A DNA stretch of 61,239 nt, counting the filler, from Platydemus manokwari (taxonomy: Eukaryota), in assembly GCA_037951405.1 (NCBI GenBank). It is 6 parts of 6 records of this genome, joined end to end, with 100 filler letters (N's around TTAATTAATTAA, not from the genome) between each part and the next. Parts side by side here need not be neighbours in the genome. Positions count along the whole stretch, not along the records: positions 29,266 to 42,140 come from JBBMOY011931382.1; positions 42,241 to 51,651 come from JBBMOY011253318.1; positions 51,752 to 61,239 come from JBBMOY011241985.1; 3 more parts are not named here. One strand, 5' to 3'. The position numbers and the translations under genes are program-made. Every line of letters begins with the position of its first letter. Position 1 is the stretch's first letter. The notes under the pieces are model-generated. The model saw nothing but the letters and a program-made list of their open reading frames with translations, was not told the origin of the DNA and made no database searches. Below are positions 39,833 through 52,760 of this stretch, one piece after another.

Positions 39833-42240
39833 TTTCCATAAAATTTAAATTTGAAAAGTTTGTTGTTTATTATAATTATTAAAACCAAACATAAATAAAT
39901 TTGAAAAATTTAATAAAAAATTATATAACTCTATATTAAAAAAAACAATATATTCACAAGTTAAAAAACTAAAGTTTTGTAAGTTTTGCCCATGAATGAA
40001 AACTGGGGAACATTTTGATCATAATAAAATTAAATTATATAATCCATTGAATACATTTCTAATTACCAAACTTTATCTCCTTAATATCTTAAAATTTCTT
40101 TTTGCATTTTGGCAAGTTGTTAGTTTAGACGATTTAAATTTGTTCTCACAAAAAATATTTTGTGAAATAATTGATAAGAAAGAATGTGTGTTCTATTTTA
40201 CCAGATTTCTTATAAAAATAATATCAGGTTATTTCATAAATTTATCATCACTTTATAAATAACTATGTTTTATGTTTGGTAACTATAGACACCATTTTAA
40301 TTTTATTTGGGATTGAATAATTAAGAATTATTAGAAACCTATTAACCTAAACCATTAGAAAGATTTTCAAAACGGGTTTAATGAACTCCTAGAGTGCAAG
40401 AGGGCTAGTTACTTTCGCAGAAGCTTGCTATAAATATGTTGCCTTAGCACAAATCAGGTGTGCCAATCATATATACGAATAATATATGTTCGGCTTTACA
40501 ATTGTTCTATCTTTAATAATCTTTATTTTTTCATCTTCTTTTATCATCCTCTCTCAACGTTTTTATTTAATTATAGGGTTCTACAAAAATGGCCATTTTA
40601 GTTGTTTCGCTTACTGTTAGTGTTTTCGTGATTCGAAGTAACTGTCCAAATTTTCAATTGTTCAAACTCCACATCTCCAATTGTGCTATCCACTAGTAAA
40701 TTGTTGAAAACGCTCAATTTCCAAATGTTCAATTGTCGATACTGCTTATTCCAAATTTCAAATATCACAAACTGTGGAAAACCAAATTTCAAACTACAAG
40801 TTTTCTAATATTCTAATTTCTCACCGTTCAATATTTCACTTCAATATATTTGCCCAGATTTTTATTTGTGTTTCATTTGTAGTAGGCCTTTATCTTAATA
40901 GTACTTATAAATAATTTAAATCAACCGATTTCATAAATAATAAAATCATAAGTTACAAAATTATATCAATTAATGGTGAAAATTTGTGGAATCAAGAAGA
41001 ATACCAAATAGTTTGAAAAATTAGGGGGTTCTATTTGCTAAAGAAAGAGCAAAATGTAGTGCGGCAAATGAGAAAAGCACAAAGATAAAAAAGCTGATCA
41101 GATTTGCTATTGGTGGTTGAGCGAGCATACCAAATTCATTTATTTTTATCCAAGGCTATCAATCAATCATTGGTTTGTTTTTTACTTAAGTCGAGGGTCA
41201 TCTTTGATTATTTCCTCTAAATCAAGACACCACGAAAAATTACCTCGAAAGATCTGCAGACATTTCTTGCACCCGAAACTAAGATTTTGTAAGACTTCAA
41301 AGGTTGTTCTTTAGTATAGATCTATTGAGCTAGAATTTATTGCCCAGCAGCAGTTTTGAAGTGTTTGTGATTTTGATTTTATGTTACTTGAGATTATTCT
41401 CAGAATGGCAGTATTATTTTTATTTTATCTGATATTTTATTGATTTTACCTGTTATTATAGCTACAAGCGGATTGAATATTGAAAGGCGCAGAAATATGG
41501 TTTCAGATTTATCTGTGCAGTTTTGATAGGCGAAATTTAACATGTTTATTAAATACTTTATTTAAAATTTTTGACATTTGAGAAGGGTAGAAGAGTGCAA
41601 GATCTAGTTTGACGTTGAAGGCATTGAGGGTTGAAAATAGTGTGCTTGTCAATTGGCATTTATCATATTTTTTGGGTGTAAGATGGATCGCTAATTATTT
41701 GGTAAAGAGATGGATAAATTATTATGATTAATATCAAAATGATAGTGTTTGAAGCCCGTCTAACTATAGTTTTGCAATGAGTATGAGGATTAGGCAAAGG
41801 TCAGTGGGTGACAATATTTAAAGTGTGTAGTAGTAAATTATTACTCGGTGAGTTATTTAATGTTGTGTTTAGTGAATTACTTTTATTTGTATTAGAATAA
41901 AGTGCATTTAATTGATTCTGTGAGCTTAAGAGATTACCATATAGGTGATGTTGCCCAGCTTTAAAATAACATTGAATAAGTGTACTAATTGTTATAAAAT
42001 TAGAATTTTAATAATGATATTCTAAATAGAAAAAGCTATTTAAACTAATAATTTTTATTGTAAAATTTGAAAATAATCTTTAGTTCAAATACTCAAATTA
42101 AGGCAATAACAAGATTAATAAGAGTTTACATAACCATTTCNNNNNNNNNNNNNNNNNNNNNNNNNNNNNNNNNNNNNNNNNNNNTTAATTAATTAANNNN
42201 NNNNNNNNNNNNNNNNNNNNNNNNNNNNNNNNNNNNNNNN

Positions 42241-42322
42241 TATCAAATCAACAAACCATTTTTCTTATGGCCAGTGACATCTGTTACAAAAACCGGAAAG
42301 GAATTACCGACACACCTCGTAT
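42241..42322. mobile_element. Tc1/mariner-type terminal fragment at contig start
   Basis: Reverse complement TACGAGGTGTGTCGGTAATTCCTTTCCGGTTTT...AGATGTCACTG abuts a TA run and resembles mariner ends. Confidence 0.5.
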
Positions 42323-43295
42323 ATATATATAATGATCAGTGTTTGTTTAGAAAAACTGAAATTTTTATAATAATTCTCAATATAAAATTCATAAAAATCT
42401 CATTATATGATAGACAAATTGTTCTAAAGCACCGGACCACAATCGTTTTGAGTATGAGTTCACTATATGATATAAATTTCTATTAGAGTTCATGTATATC
42501 TGACTTCAAGTTTCTGTCGTTATTAACATCGGATGGAATGGGGCCAAGTGATTACAATTCGATAAAAATGAAAATAAGGTTTTGCACCAAATTATTAAAC
42601 AAAATAGTTATAATTAAATATAATTTATTATAACTGATTATAATATAATTAATGTAATACCGATATAAATTATGTATCTAGTTTAACTAATTTGTAACGT
42701 CACAAGACAATATCAACACAACTATTTATAAAAATTGGTGTTGAAAGCTCATAACGAACATCGTTCACGTGCTAATTCATGTCATGAAGTAATCTTTTAA
42801 CATAATGTGCTTTTTTGCGATTTTTCGATGGGTTTAAACTGCAATCAGTTCTTCATTCATTGTTCCATAAACATAAAACAGAACACATTCTAAGGTTTAA
42901 ATAACTATCAATCAATGTTCATCGATATAAATATTTTTCAACAACAAAAACATTATCACGATCAATTTATTTTGCTTATAATATTATGCTTCTACGATAT
43001 TTACGAAGCATTATATCCAATGACATTCTATACGAGTAATTAAATCACATTTAGTGATAACAAATTTCATGTAGACATTTTCGTTTCCGTTCATATGTTA
43101 TGTTTATCAACTATCTGATATAATAATAATAATAATCAATGTTTATAAAATTAGAAGGCAGAAAATTACTACATGATTAGTGAAAGATGGAAAACTGATA
43201 ACAGTCTATTTCATTCAGTCCTATATATATATATGATATAAATAATTTTAATATAAAATAGAATATGTTCAAATGATCGGAAAATTTTTTCTCAC

Positions 43296-46200
43296 CCTTC
43301 CTTCAGGATCAACTAAAAGCAGATGTTTAAATTGGCCATTTTGTTTTCCACTCAAGACATATTGATTGATTTGTTGGGTGCTATCCCGAACTAAGAAATC
43401 GCCGTCGAATTTCAGAAGCTTTTCTGCTTGATTTCGAGTTAATGCTCCGAGGTACCAGGATTCATTGTAAGGACAATGTGATTTGACAGGTTGCTGAGAA
43501 TGTTGAGTGGGATTGATAATAGTGGCAACTAAATATAAATTATATATTCTAAATGAATCTGTGACAAAAAGAAGATTTTAAATTAATAAAACGTTCATAA
43601 CTACACAATCACATATACCAACTAGATTCTGACTTACATTGAAATATCGATTTATTGAAAATACGAGCATTTAGCTTTTATGTAATGCTTTAAAAATATT
43701 TATTCTATTAGTGATTATTATTATTATTATTATAGAAAATAGAAACTGTTAGGTTTCCTTGACGTTTCCAACATTTTATTGCCAAAAGTCATTACAAGTA
43801 TATCGAATGTAATTGTGAAAATGAGCAAGCTTAGTGGAATAGGGACCCGAAATTACATTCAGTGCTATATAACCTGACATCCTGCAACCATTTCCTTTTG
43901 TGGGTACATTAAATCGCATGTTGATAAACAATGATATCAGAATCGCACCAAATGGAAGAAAATCGATATCTCATGAGTCTATTACAAAGTCTACAAATTT
44001 CCTAGATAGATCGACTACATTCACATACGGTGTACATATATCTGACATTGTTTTCCATAAATTGTATATACGGAATATATATTCCTGATGATAAATTTTT
44101 TTTGTTAAACTAATAATGAATAATTCATTCATTTGAAAATATGACAGAAATGTTTTCCAAGTCTCGTGATATACAGCAATTGTTGAAGACAAAATTCTTA
44201 GTGACCATCATAACATTTATAAATCTAATTTTATAAACACCTTTTAAATAGATGAATGAATACCTATAATAAATTATTGATTTACATTCACTGGTAAGCA
44301 AGTTGGTCATTCTGCATTTTCAATCAATATTTCCAACTTTTTCTCCATTTGAAATTTTTTCTTGTTTTGACATTGTATCAATATCATTTGAGCTAATTTT
44401 TGTTTAATAACTCCGATCAACCATTGACAAACATCAGTGCATTAATGTGATAAAATTTGATAGATTGAAGACATTTAATGACATTCACAGAGATAATCGA
44501 TAAAATCAAATCATTCAAAAAATGGTAATCACAGGAAAATTTGTAAATAATTTAAATATCTTTGAAAACTCAATGAAAATGGCCTATTTAATGAATTGGA
44601 AAGTGAACAATAAACTCAGAATTCAATATTAAATGTAAATATTGTAAATAATTCATGAATAGCTTAGAAATTGTCATACAAATTTTCATTTTACCAGCAA
44701 TTATGGGAATTAAAATGATATTCAAACAATCGAGTACACCTCGAACATGATTATTTTCAAATTTCGTTCATAAATTCCCGCAAATTAATCCTGAAACCAT
44801 TTGTAAAAAAAAACCTAAAATTCTCTACAGCTTTATATTGGTTGAATTAATTAAATTAATAAATAAATAATTTCAAATTAATAAATTCTCACATTGGTCT
44901 GAAAAACATTCGATCAAACACAAATAGCGAGAAATCCAATGATTTCAAAACATAAAAACTAATGTCCTTAAAATTTTACACAAAACTTAAATACAGCAAA
45001 ACAATTTAAATTATAAATCAATCGATTTTGATTGGTGGATTCCAGAAAATCTGCTGCACATTTATTTGCTACCACTTGAAATTCTTTTTTCCAGATATTT
45101 TATCACTAAATGTCAAGATCATTAGAAAACAATCTTTATTTACACTTGATCGACTTTCTCACCATTTTTACAAATATCCAAAATTGAATAATAACTCGTT
45201 AATTGTTGGTCGATTCTGGTTTAAACAAATATTTAACTTTAATTTTTCAAAGAATAAATATTGTGCTGGATTGTATTTGTCTTGGTATTCTAGTTTATGT
45301 AAAAAACAACTGATATTCGGATTGACTTTCGAAATTGCTGCACTTTTTAAATTGATTTAATAATAACGATCGATATTTTTCAATCGAAACAAAATAATCG
45401 GAATGAATATCCCAATTATAGATGATATATAACCATTGATAATAGTTGAGCATTAATATCGAGGTGCTTGGATATAAATTAGTACTAGCTGTGCAATGAA
45501 TACACAGATAAGATTCGCGATAAAAATAGAAATCCATTTTAAAGACGAATGTTTGCTAAAATGTTTCGAGTAGATTTTATTTTACAGCACACAAATGTTA
45601 TTCTGTTTTCATCGGGACTAGTCTGTCTTCATCAGTGAAAATTAATTAACAAGTCTTTCAAAACATTATGAAACGATTAAGAAATTAAAAGGTAAAATTT
45701 AATAAAAATTTATCTATAAAAATCCATTCATTGATAAAAAAATGCTTTTTGATAAATCAATATCTCGTATTTCGATATTATTTGATAAAAATGCGTTCAT
45801 TGTCAAATGGGTTTTTTCCCCAGCCATTTAATAAATGCGGTGGAGTGTGTATAATGTTTTTAATTCAAATCGATTAAATGGAATCATATTGAACTATTAT
45901 CGATTTTTAATCTTATAATCCTAGACTTGCCAAATTTGAGAAGAATTTGTCTTTCGAAATAAATTAATGAATGACATCTCATCTGTTGTATTTGCATTAA
46001 TTTTGAGAATAAATTCTTGAAATTATATTTGTAATTATGATAAAAATTTGGAACTATTTGATAATATTGTTTTTAATCAAAGTGAAAATAAATCAATAAA
46101 TCAATACTGTTATCTATTGTTAATCATTATTAAATGTTTTCAAATTATTTCAAAGCTTACTGTTTTTTGGAATATTGGAAGTGATTTGAGCTTCCTCTTG

Positions 46201-46407
46201 TGGTTGAATAGGTCTGAAACCCCATTCGCTCTCTTTCTAAAAATCGATACAAACAAGTAACAAGTTATTACACGCACGAACACACACGCATATATTCAAT
46301 CACAAAAACAAAACGCGTACTTGGTGTGGTTGAGAGACAATTTCTGTATTTTGACAGCCATTTGTATTATCAGGTAAATTGCCCCCCAATAAAGCTCTCT
46401 GATATTC
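43296..46407 (-). CDS. Shc: Shc adaptor protein, partial (end of PTB/CH1 linker and most of the SH2 domain)
   Basis: Phase-consistent exons 46321-46407, 46161-46236, 43296-43528. The last encodes [56 protein letters not shown], matching the SHC SH2 signature (GDFLVRES...GQYVLTG...[10 protein letters not shown]). Confidence 0.88.
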
Positions 46408-46979
46408 CTGAATCGATAAAAATTCTTGATCATAACATCAAATATTTGTGACAACAATTTTCGAATTTATTGACAAGTATATCAAATACAAAAGTGTGGG
46501 TGTGATAAAAATATCAGAGCAGATTAAAAATAAAAAACCAAATTCACTGTGCCAAATGTATCAAGTGCGAAATGATGAATCATTTGTTTGGTGAAAATTT
46601 ATTTGGTCAACAAGTAGAATATTATTATTATTATCAATCAATCAGTGGGAATGGATTTGATTTTGAGAATACTTTGTGATAAATATGAATAAACACACTG
46701 GCAAGTCAATAAATAATAATATAAAACACTTTTCGCCGTCTGCAATCCATTTTGTCAAGTGAAGTATACTTGATATTTTTCAGCTTATTATCCAATATGA
46801 AAAAAAAAGAAAAATGATATTCAAACAATGCACGCTGTTATTTATTATTTTTGCCCCAACAGAACCAGTCGATTAATCCTTCTTAATCATTAAATCAATT
46901 AATAATAATAATGATTATTATGTGTTAGTAGCAGCTACTTCGCTTAAAATTGTGGATTAAACGGCACAAGTCATTTATT

Positions 46980-47775
46980 ACGATTTTCTTAACTTTTCTT
47001 TCATTTAAACAAATCAGACAATTTTTAAATAAATTTAAATCCTTTCGTAAAAATTCTTTTCCAGAGAGCTTTAGCTATCAAACTTAATCAGGTATAAAGA
47101 TAAAAATATTTAGATTATTTAATAATTATTTTATTAAATAATTTATTAAAATTTAAAAATATTATTTTTTATTTTAAAACTTATTATTAAATTATTAAAT
47201 TTTTTATTAAAATTATTATTATTTTCTTAAATCTTGTCAAATAAATGGAATGAAAATAGATGGCATTATTCATAACTTTCATCCCAATTCTTTCAACACA
47301 GAGATTACTTTTACTTGCTTATGGTTCAAGTTTCGACAAATACATTAAAACCTTTGATATTTCTCTCAACGAAAACAAATTCCATCAGGAATATCATATT
47401 GTAAAATATGCTAGTGGATAACATTCTGAGATATAGTTACACCGGAATGCATTACAAATGGATTTAAGAAAACACCAGTGTGAAATTGAGGTTTCAATGG
47501 AAGAAGGCATTTAAACGATTTTCTTAACTTTGATTTCATTTAAACAAATCAAACAATTTTTAAATAAATTTAAATCCTTCCGTAAAAAACCTTTTCCAGA
47601 GAGCTTTAGCTATCAATTTTAATCAGACATAAGATAAAAATAAATAAATTATTTTCTATTAAATAATTTAACGGAATTTCAAAATATTATTTTTTATTTT
47701 ATTTTTTATATTATTATTAAATTATTAAAATTATAATTAAGTTTTTTTATTAAAATTATTATTATTTTCTTAAAT
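46980..47775 (+). repeat. Direct repeat pair (~250 bp; 46980-47232 and 47515-47775)
   Basis: acgattttcttaacttt...ttttccagagagctttagctatcaa...taaaattattattattttcttaaat duplicated with few differences. Confidence 0.9.
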
Positions 47776-50341
47776 TTTTCCTCACATTATGAAAGTTCAC
47801 AATATTGTCATCATTATTTGTAATTCAAAATCAAATTCATTATTTCTGCTCTCACACCTATTAAAAAATATCTATTAATACTGAAAACAAAGCTGATTAA
47901 ACTTGATTGGAAATAATTAATAGATTCTTCATGTTTCTTTCTATTGGATATCAATTTAATACAGAAAACGTCGTTCTACGAAATCTAAACTAGTAATATG
48001 AAAATTATTTAAATATTTTCTCGGTATTTTATTTTACAATTAAAAGAACCATGTATATATATAGTATAAATTTTTAGTAAATATCCATCTGAGATAATCC
48101 ATATATTAAAATGGATATTTGGCGAAAGGACAAATACAACCAACTCTGTAGACTTGGAGAGAATTGTTCTGATGTACGAGTACGAACTAAACAAAACAAC
48201 TAAGAATATCAGAAACACAACAGTATATAAATATAGAATTCGTAAATTTCTATTCACTATATAATCCAAGAAATATGAAGAGCAAATGTAATTCAGTATA
48301 TATTTGTGAGGTCATTAAGCGGACAAAGCAGAGAAGTTGATACAGGAAATTCATTCATTGCTTTTTCATTATCTTGTGACCGAAGATAATAAATAAATAT
48401 TCGACAATAATATATGACACCAGACAAATTACACTTTAATTCAAATGAGGTTTCTAATAACTGACAAACCAAGATCTCTATCCAATATAGTGGTAAATTA
48501 TAACGTTTTGGATTTGTTAGCCCATAAAATGTTAAACGTTTCCAAGCAGCAATAATTAAAAATTATTAATTTGAAGAGAAACTACCGAAAGTATGAGTGT
48601 TCATGTGTTTAGGATCATCGGATCTTCATAATTACGGAGTCTTTAGACAAATGTGGTTAGATAGTAAGAGTTGTAATTGGTTGGCTTCATTTCTTGTTAC
48701 TTCTTTTATTATAGAATCACATAGCTTATACAAGTGGCATATAGTAATGGAGGTTAGGCTTCCTATAAGCAACCCTGTCAAAATGTTTGACACGTTTTAA
48801 CACAATTGCGGTTTATACAAACGTACAAGGAATACCAGTAAAGGTATTTCTATTACTGTTGTTTATAGGATATATTTGAGAGACAGTATAGTCTTCTCCG
48901 CTTTTTTATTGTGTTATCTTTTTATTTAGGTCGTATATGAGAGACAATATAATCTTATACACCTTTTATAATGTTTAATGTGAGATTATCGTTGAGCATA
49001 TCTGTCGTGGTTGCTAGGTTCACCTCGTTAAGAAGAAAACCATGTGTTAAAAATCATCTATAGGCTATAGGATTAACCATACTTTTACATTAAACATTTT
49101 AGATCAGAGGAAATTCGCCAGATGCGTTCTGTTATTATATTGTCATTATTTCCTATTCTTTTAGATTTTAGCAGAGATTTTCGGTGAACTACGTGATGAC
49201 TGCGAAACTGTGATTGGAGATTTTGAAAAGTGATTACAGTGAACCAATGGGTTCCAGCAATATTCGGATTTGACTTAAAAAACGAATTGTACAACGAAAA
49301 AATTATTCCCCCCTGAATAATAACGAGAAATATCTTTGTTACATTATAAATTTGATATCTAACTATTAAAGAAAAACATTTATCAAAAAAAACTTAATAT
49401 CGCTGCATAATATTATTTATTTAAAACTGAAAATTGATAAAAAAAATTATAAATGGCATTCGAATAAAAATCACTGAAAAATTAAAAATATAAATATTTT
49501 CATTCAGATAAAACTCAAATTAAATTAGTCTCTTCTTAACTCGTCATAACGAATCGACGATTTTTTAAATTAAATCAAGTGTATTCCTCGCGAGGATTAA
49601 GCAAGTCTTGTATTATTATAAATTTTTCCAACACACACACACAAATTTTTATTCTTATTCAGTATAGTATATTTTCAAGCGGTCGGAAAAAGTTTTTCAA
49701 ACAAGAAAGTTAAACGGTTTATAAATATTTTAATTTTTTTCGATTCAGAAATTATATGTTATGATTGTTGTTAGGTTTTATGATTGGCTTACAGCATGTG
49801 TTTTTCATTTTGAAAATTTCCTTGAGCAGAGGATTTTGAAAGTGTGCTATTCCAACAGTTAATAATCATAATCGGTACTTTCTATCCATACACATATCAA
49901 ATAATATACCCCGCTCACTGATGGATTCAAATCCACGAACATTTTAACTCCCTTATCTATTGCCATTAGCACATGTTATCACATGTTTGCATATCATACA
50001 CTCATATAAATTAATAATAAAATAAAAATATACGAAATTTTTTTTAATAATTTCGATGGCAAAACAAATTAATTCAAATGAAAAACCAATTTACAATATC
50101 CTGATAATTATCAAAATGTTAAGCAAGTGCACAATTATGGATTATGAAAGCAATAATAGGAATACATATATGCAGAGTCAAAACATGGGCACGAATTAAT
50201 CATCTGGTAACACTTAAAATTCAGAAATAAAAATGTGCCGTTATTTTATTTAAATAAAACATATAATCATGTATTAGAGGCATTAAAAAATATGAAATAG
50301 ATATTGCATTGGTATATGTATCAAATTAATGAACTTTAGCT

Positions 50342-50900
50342 TAAGTTAATAAAAGGAGTCCTTTGACCTACTTTCATAATAATGAATTATCGCGCATGAG
50401 ATAATTTTATGACTTAATTTTGTATATTATTGTGATGTTTGATTTATTCGGATAAATCAGTTAATATCTCACTTTATATGATGTCTAATAGTGACAAAAC
50501 ATAGTTTTAAAACTAAGTTCCTATTCTAATCACAACACTTCTAAATGATTATTTGAGTTTTTAAATTTAAATTTATTTAATTATAAATCGAGTTAGTTAA
50601 TTACAGACATGTTGCCATTGTTTATTTTTATAAAATAATTGGAAAAATTGAGAGTCTCTGAATTTATTTCTCATGTTACAAAGTGGTTCTCACTAATTTT
50701 CAATAAATTGCAATTCGACCCACTTTGATCCGCTAATATATTTAATATTTGATTTCAAACAACTAAAATTCTTCTTAGGTACTTAAATAACAAATTCAAA
50801 ATGTTTTTCGAGAATATATTCAATAAAGTATATAAATTTTTCCAAATACACTCAACAAATTTAAAATTTTATTTCAGAATCCTTTTTCTTAACTTTTGCC
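50342..50900 (+). repeat. Dispersed ~500-bp repeat, copy 1
   Basis: Colinear with 60591-61115; its 3' half is also found at ~52500-52760. Confidence 0.85.
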
Positions 50901-51511
50901 CTTTTATTTTATCATTGATAGAAAATGCTAATCATACTTGATCATAATATCATATCAATAACCAATATCACACATAGACCATCATTATTGCCGTAGAAAA
51001 GAAATTAATCCATGTTACCCAATTCTTATTCTGGGAAAATTCTGTAATTGAAATCTCATTATCTATTTTCAAATTATTATTCATTATTTTGATTTCAGAA
51101 AGGACTTCAAAATTTTTATTTCATTTACCGAAATGATAATTGTTGAGAGCATTAAAGATAAATATTATTCTTCACCAAATAAGTTCTGAAACATATCAAA
51201 TGAATTAAGTTTTGTTCAACATAAACAATAATAATTCCATATTTATTGCATGAACGTCAATATATTATTATTAATTTATTGATTTTCAAATCAAATAGAC
51301 TTTGATTAATAGATTCCTAAACAATTAAAGATGTTTTATAAATATTTACCGATATTGATTATAACGTTAAATTAACTTTGAAGTTTTTTAAATATTTTAA
51401 CCCAATTTTAGTCTCCAAAGTGTAAATGATTTGTTTATTAAATTTTTAAAAAACGTTTTCAACAAATTTGCAAAATAAAAATTTTGTTAAATTTAATTAA
51501 CCATTCCGTAA

Positions 51512-51651
51512 TATTAGGTTGTTGGGAAAATAATGGCCGTTTGTAAACGTATACTTTAAAATACTATAACTCGATTTAAAATGAACTTTATTAATCAAAA
51601 TAAGCACCTTTGGCTTCAATACACTTTTGCCAACGTGGCACTAACATATTT
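51512..51651 (-). mobile_element. mariner 3' end with TIR, running into a gap
   Basis: Minus strand NMLVPRWQKCIEAKGAYFD*; terminal TATTAGGTTGTTGGGAAAATAATGGCCG. Confidence 0.88.
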
Positions 51652-52499
51652 NNNNNNNNNNNNNNNNNNNNNNNNNNNNNNNNNNNNNNNNNNNNTTAAT
51701 TAATTAANNNNNNNNNNNNNNNNNNNNNNNNNNNNNNNNNNNNNNNNNNNNATTCATAAATAATTTATAAAAGTTGATAAAAATTGATACATTTGACAGC
51801 ATGTCAAATGTATCGAAAAAATGATTTACAACATCGCCTTAACATTCGGCCGATGTTTCCTAAAATACATTGATACATTTCAATGTATCAAAACTGACTA
51901 TTTAACCGTATCCATAAAAATTGCTAGAATGTTTTGTTACAGATACTAATTAATCCTATTATTACTATAGCTTGTTTTAGAAAAAGTACTTTTATACATT
52001 TATAAATACTTTGATTAACTAGTTAATAAAACACAGAAAATAAAAATAAAAAGTATTATTCACATAAAAAATTGTAATTGTTAATGATTCACTGGTTTTA
52101 GCCCGATCTCCAACATATTTGTCGATTGTTAGTTCACTAATAGATTTGTAAATATAACATATTTTTAAATATAATTTTTTTGTTTGAACCTAGTGCACCA
52201 AAAATACTTGATTCAGAATGTCATAAAGGGACAAGGCTAAATTGTTGAACCAAGTCCTTTTTTGAATTTTGAAACTTATATATTTGCGGCATCTTCACCT
52301 GTAAGATTTATTTGATTTGGATCAAATCTTCATTTTATTTCAACATCGATAGGCTTGGGATCTATGCATCCAATCCATTAAATAGATTAATGAATATATT
52401 TATTTTAACAGAAAACACAAATAGCTTATTTCTGGCAATTCTCAATAATTTCGAAGTCACTTTTTTTATAAAATATCTCTAAAAATATTAGATATTGCA

Positions 52500-52760
52500 T
52501 TTACTTCTAATGTTAAAAAAGGGGTCCTTGCTAATTTTCAATTAACCTACTTTGACCCGCTTTTCAAATAATTAATTTTTAATAGATTTTAAAACTCTTA
52601 TTAATAGAATATTTGATTATAAACAACTAAAATTCTTCTTAAGTACTTAAATAAAAAATTCAAAATGTTATTAAAGAATTTAATTAAATAAACTATATAG
52701 ATTTTTGGAATACACTTCACATATTAAAAATGTTATTTTAGGGCCCTATTTTTTAAATTT
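52500..52760 (+). repeat. Partial third copy of the dispersed repeat
   Basis: ttacttctaatgttaaaaaaggggtccttgctaattttcaat...aactaaaattcttcttaagtacttaaata shared with the 50.7-kb and 60.9-kb copies. Confidence 0.8.

Noticed and set aside
43850-43930. Possible Tc1-family W-P..SPDL..FLWGYIK remnant (FCGYIKSHV)
   Set aside because: Single degenerate motif only.
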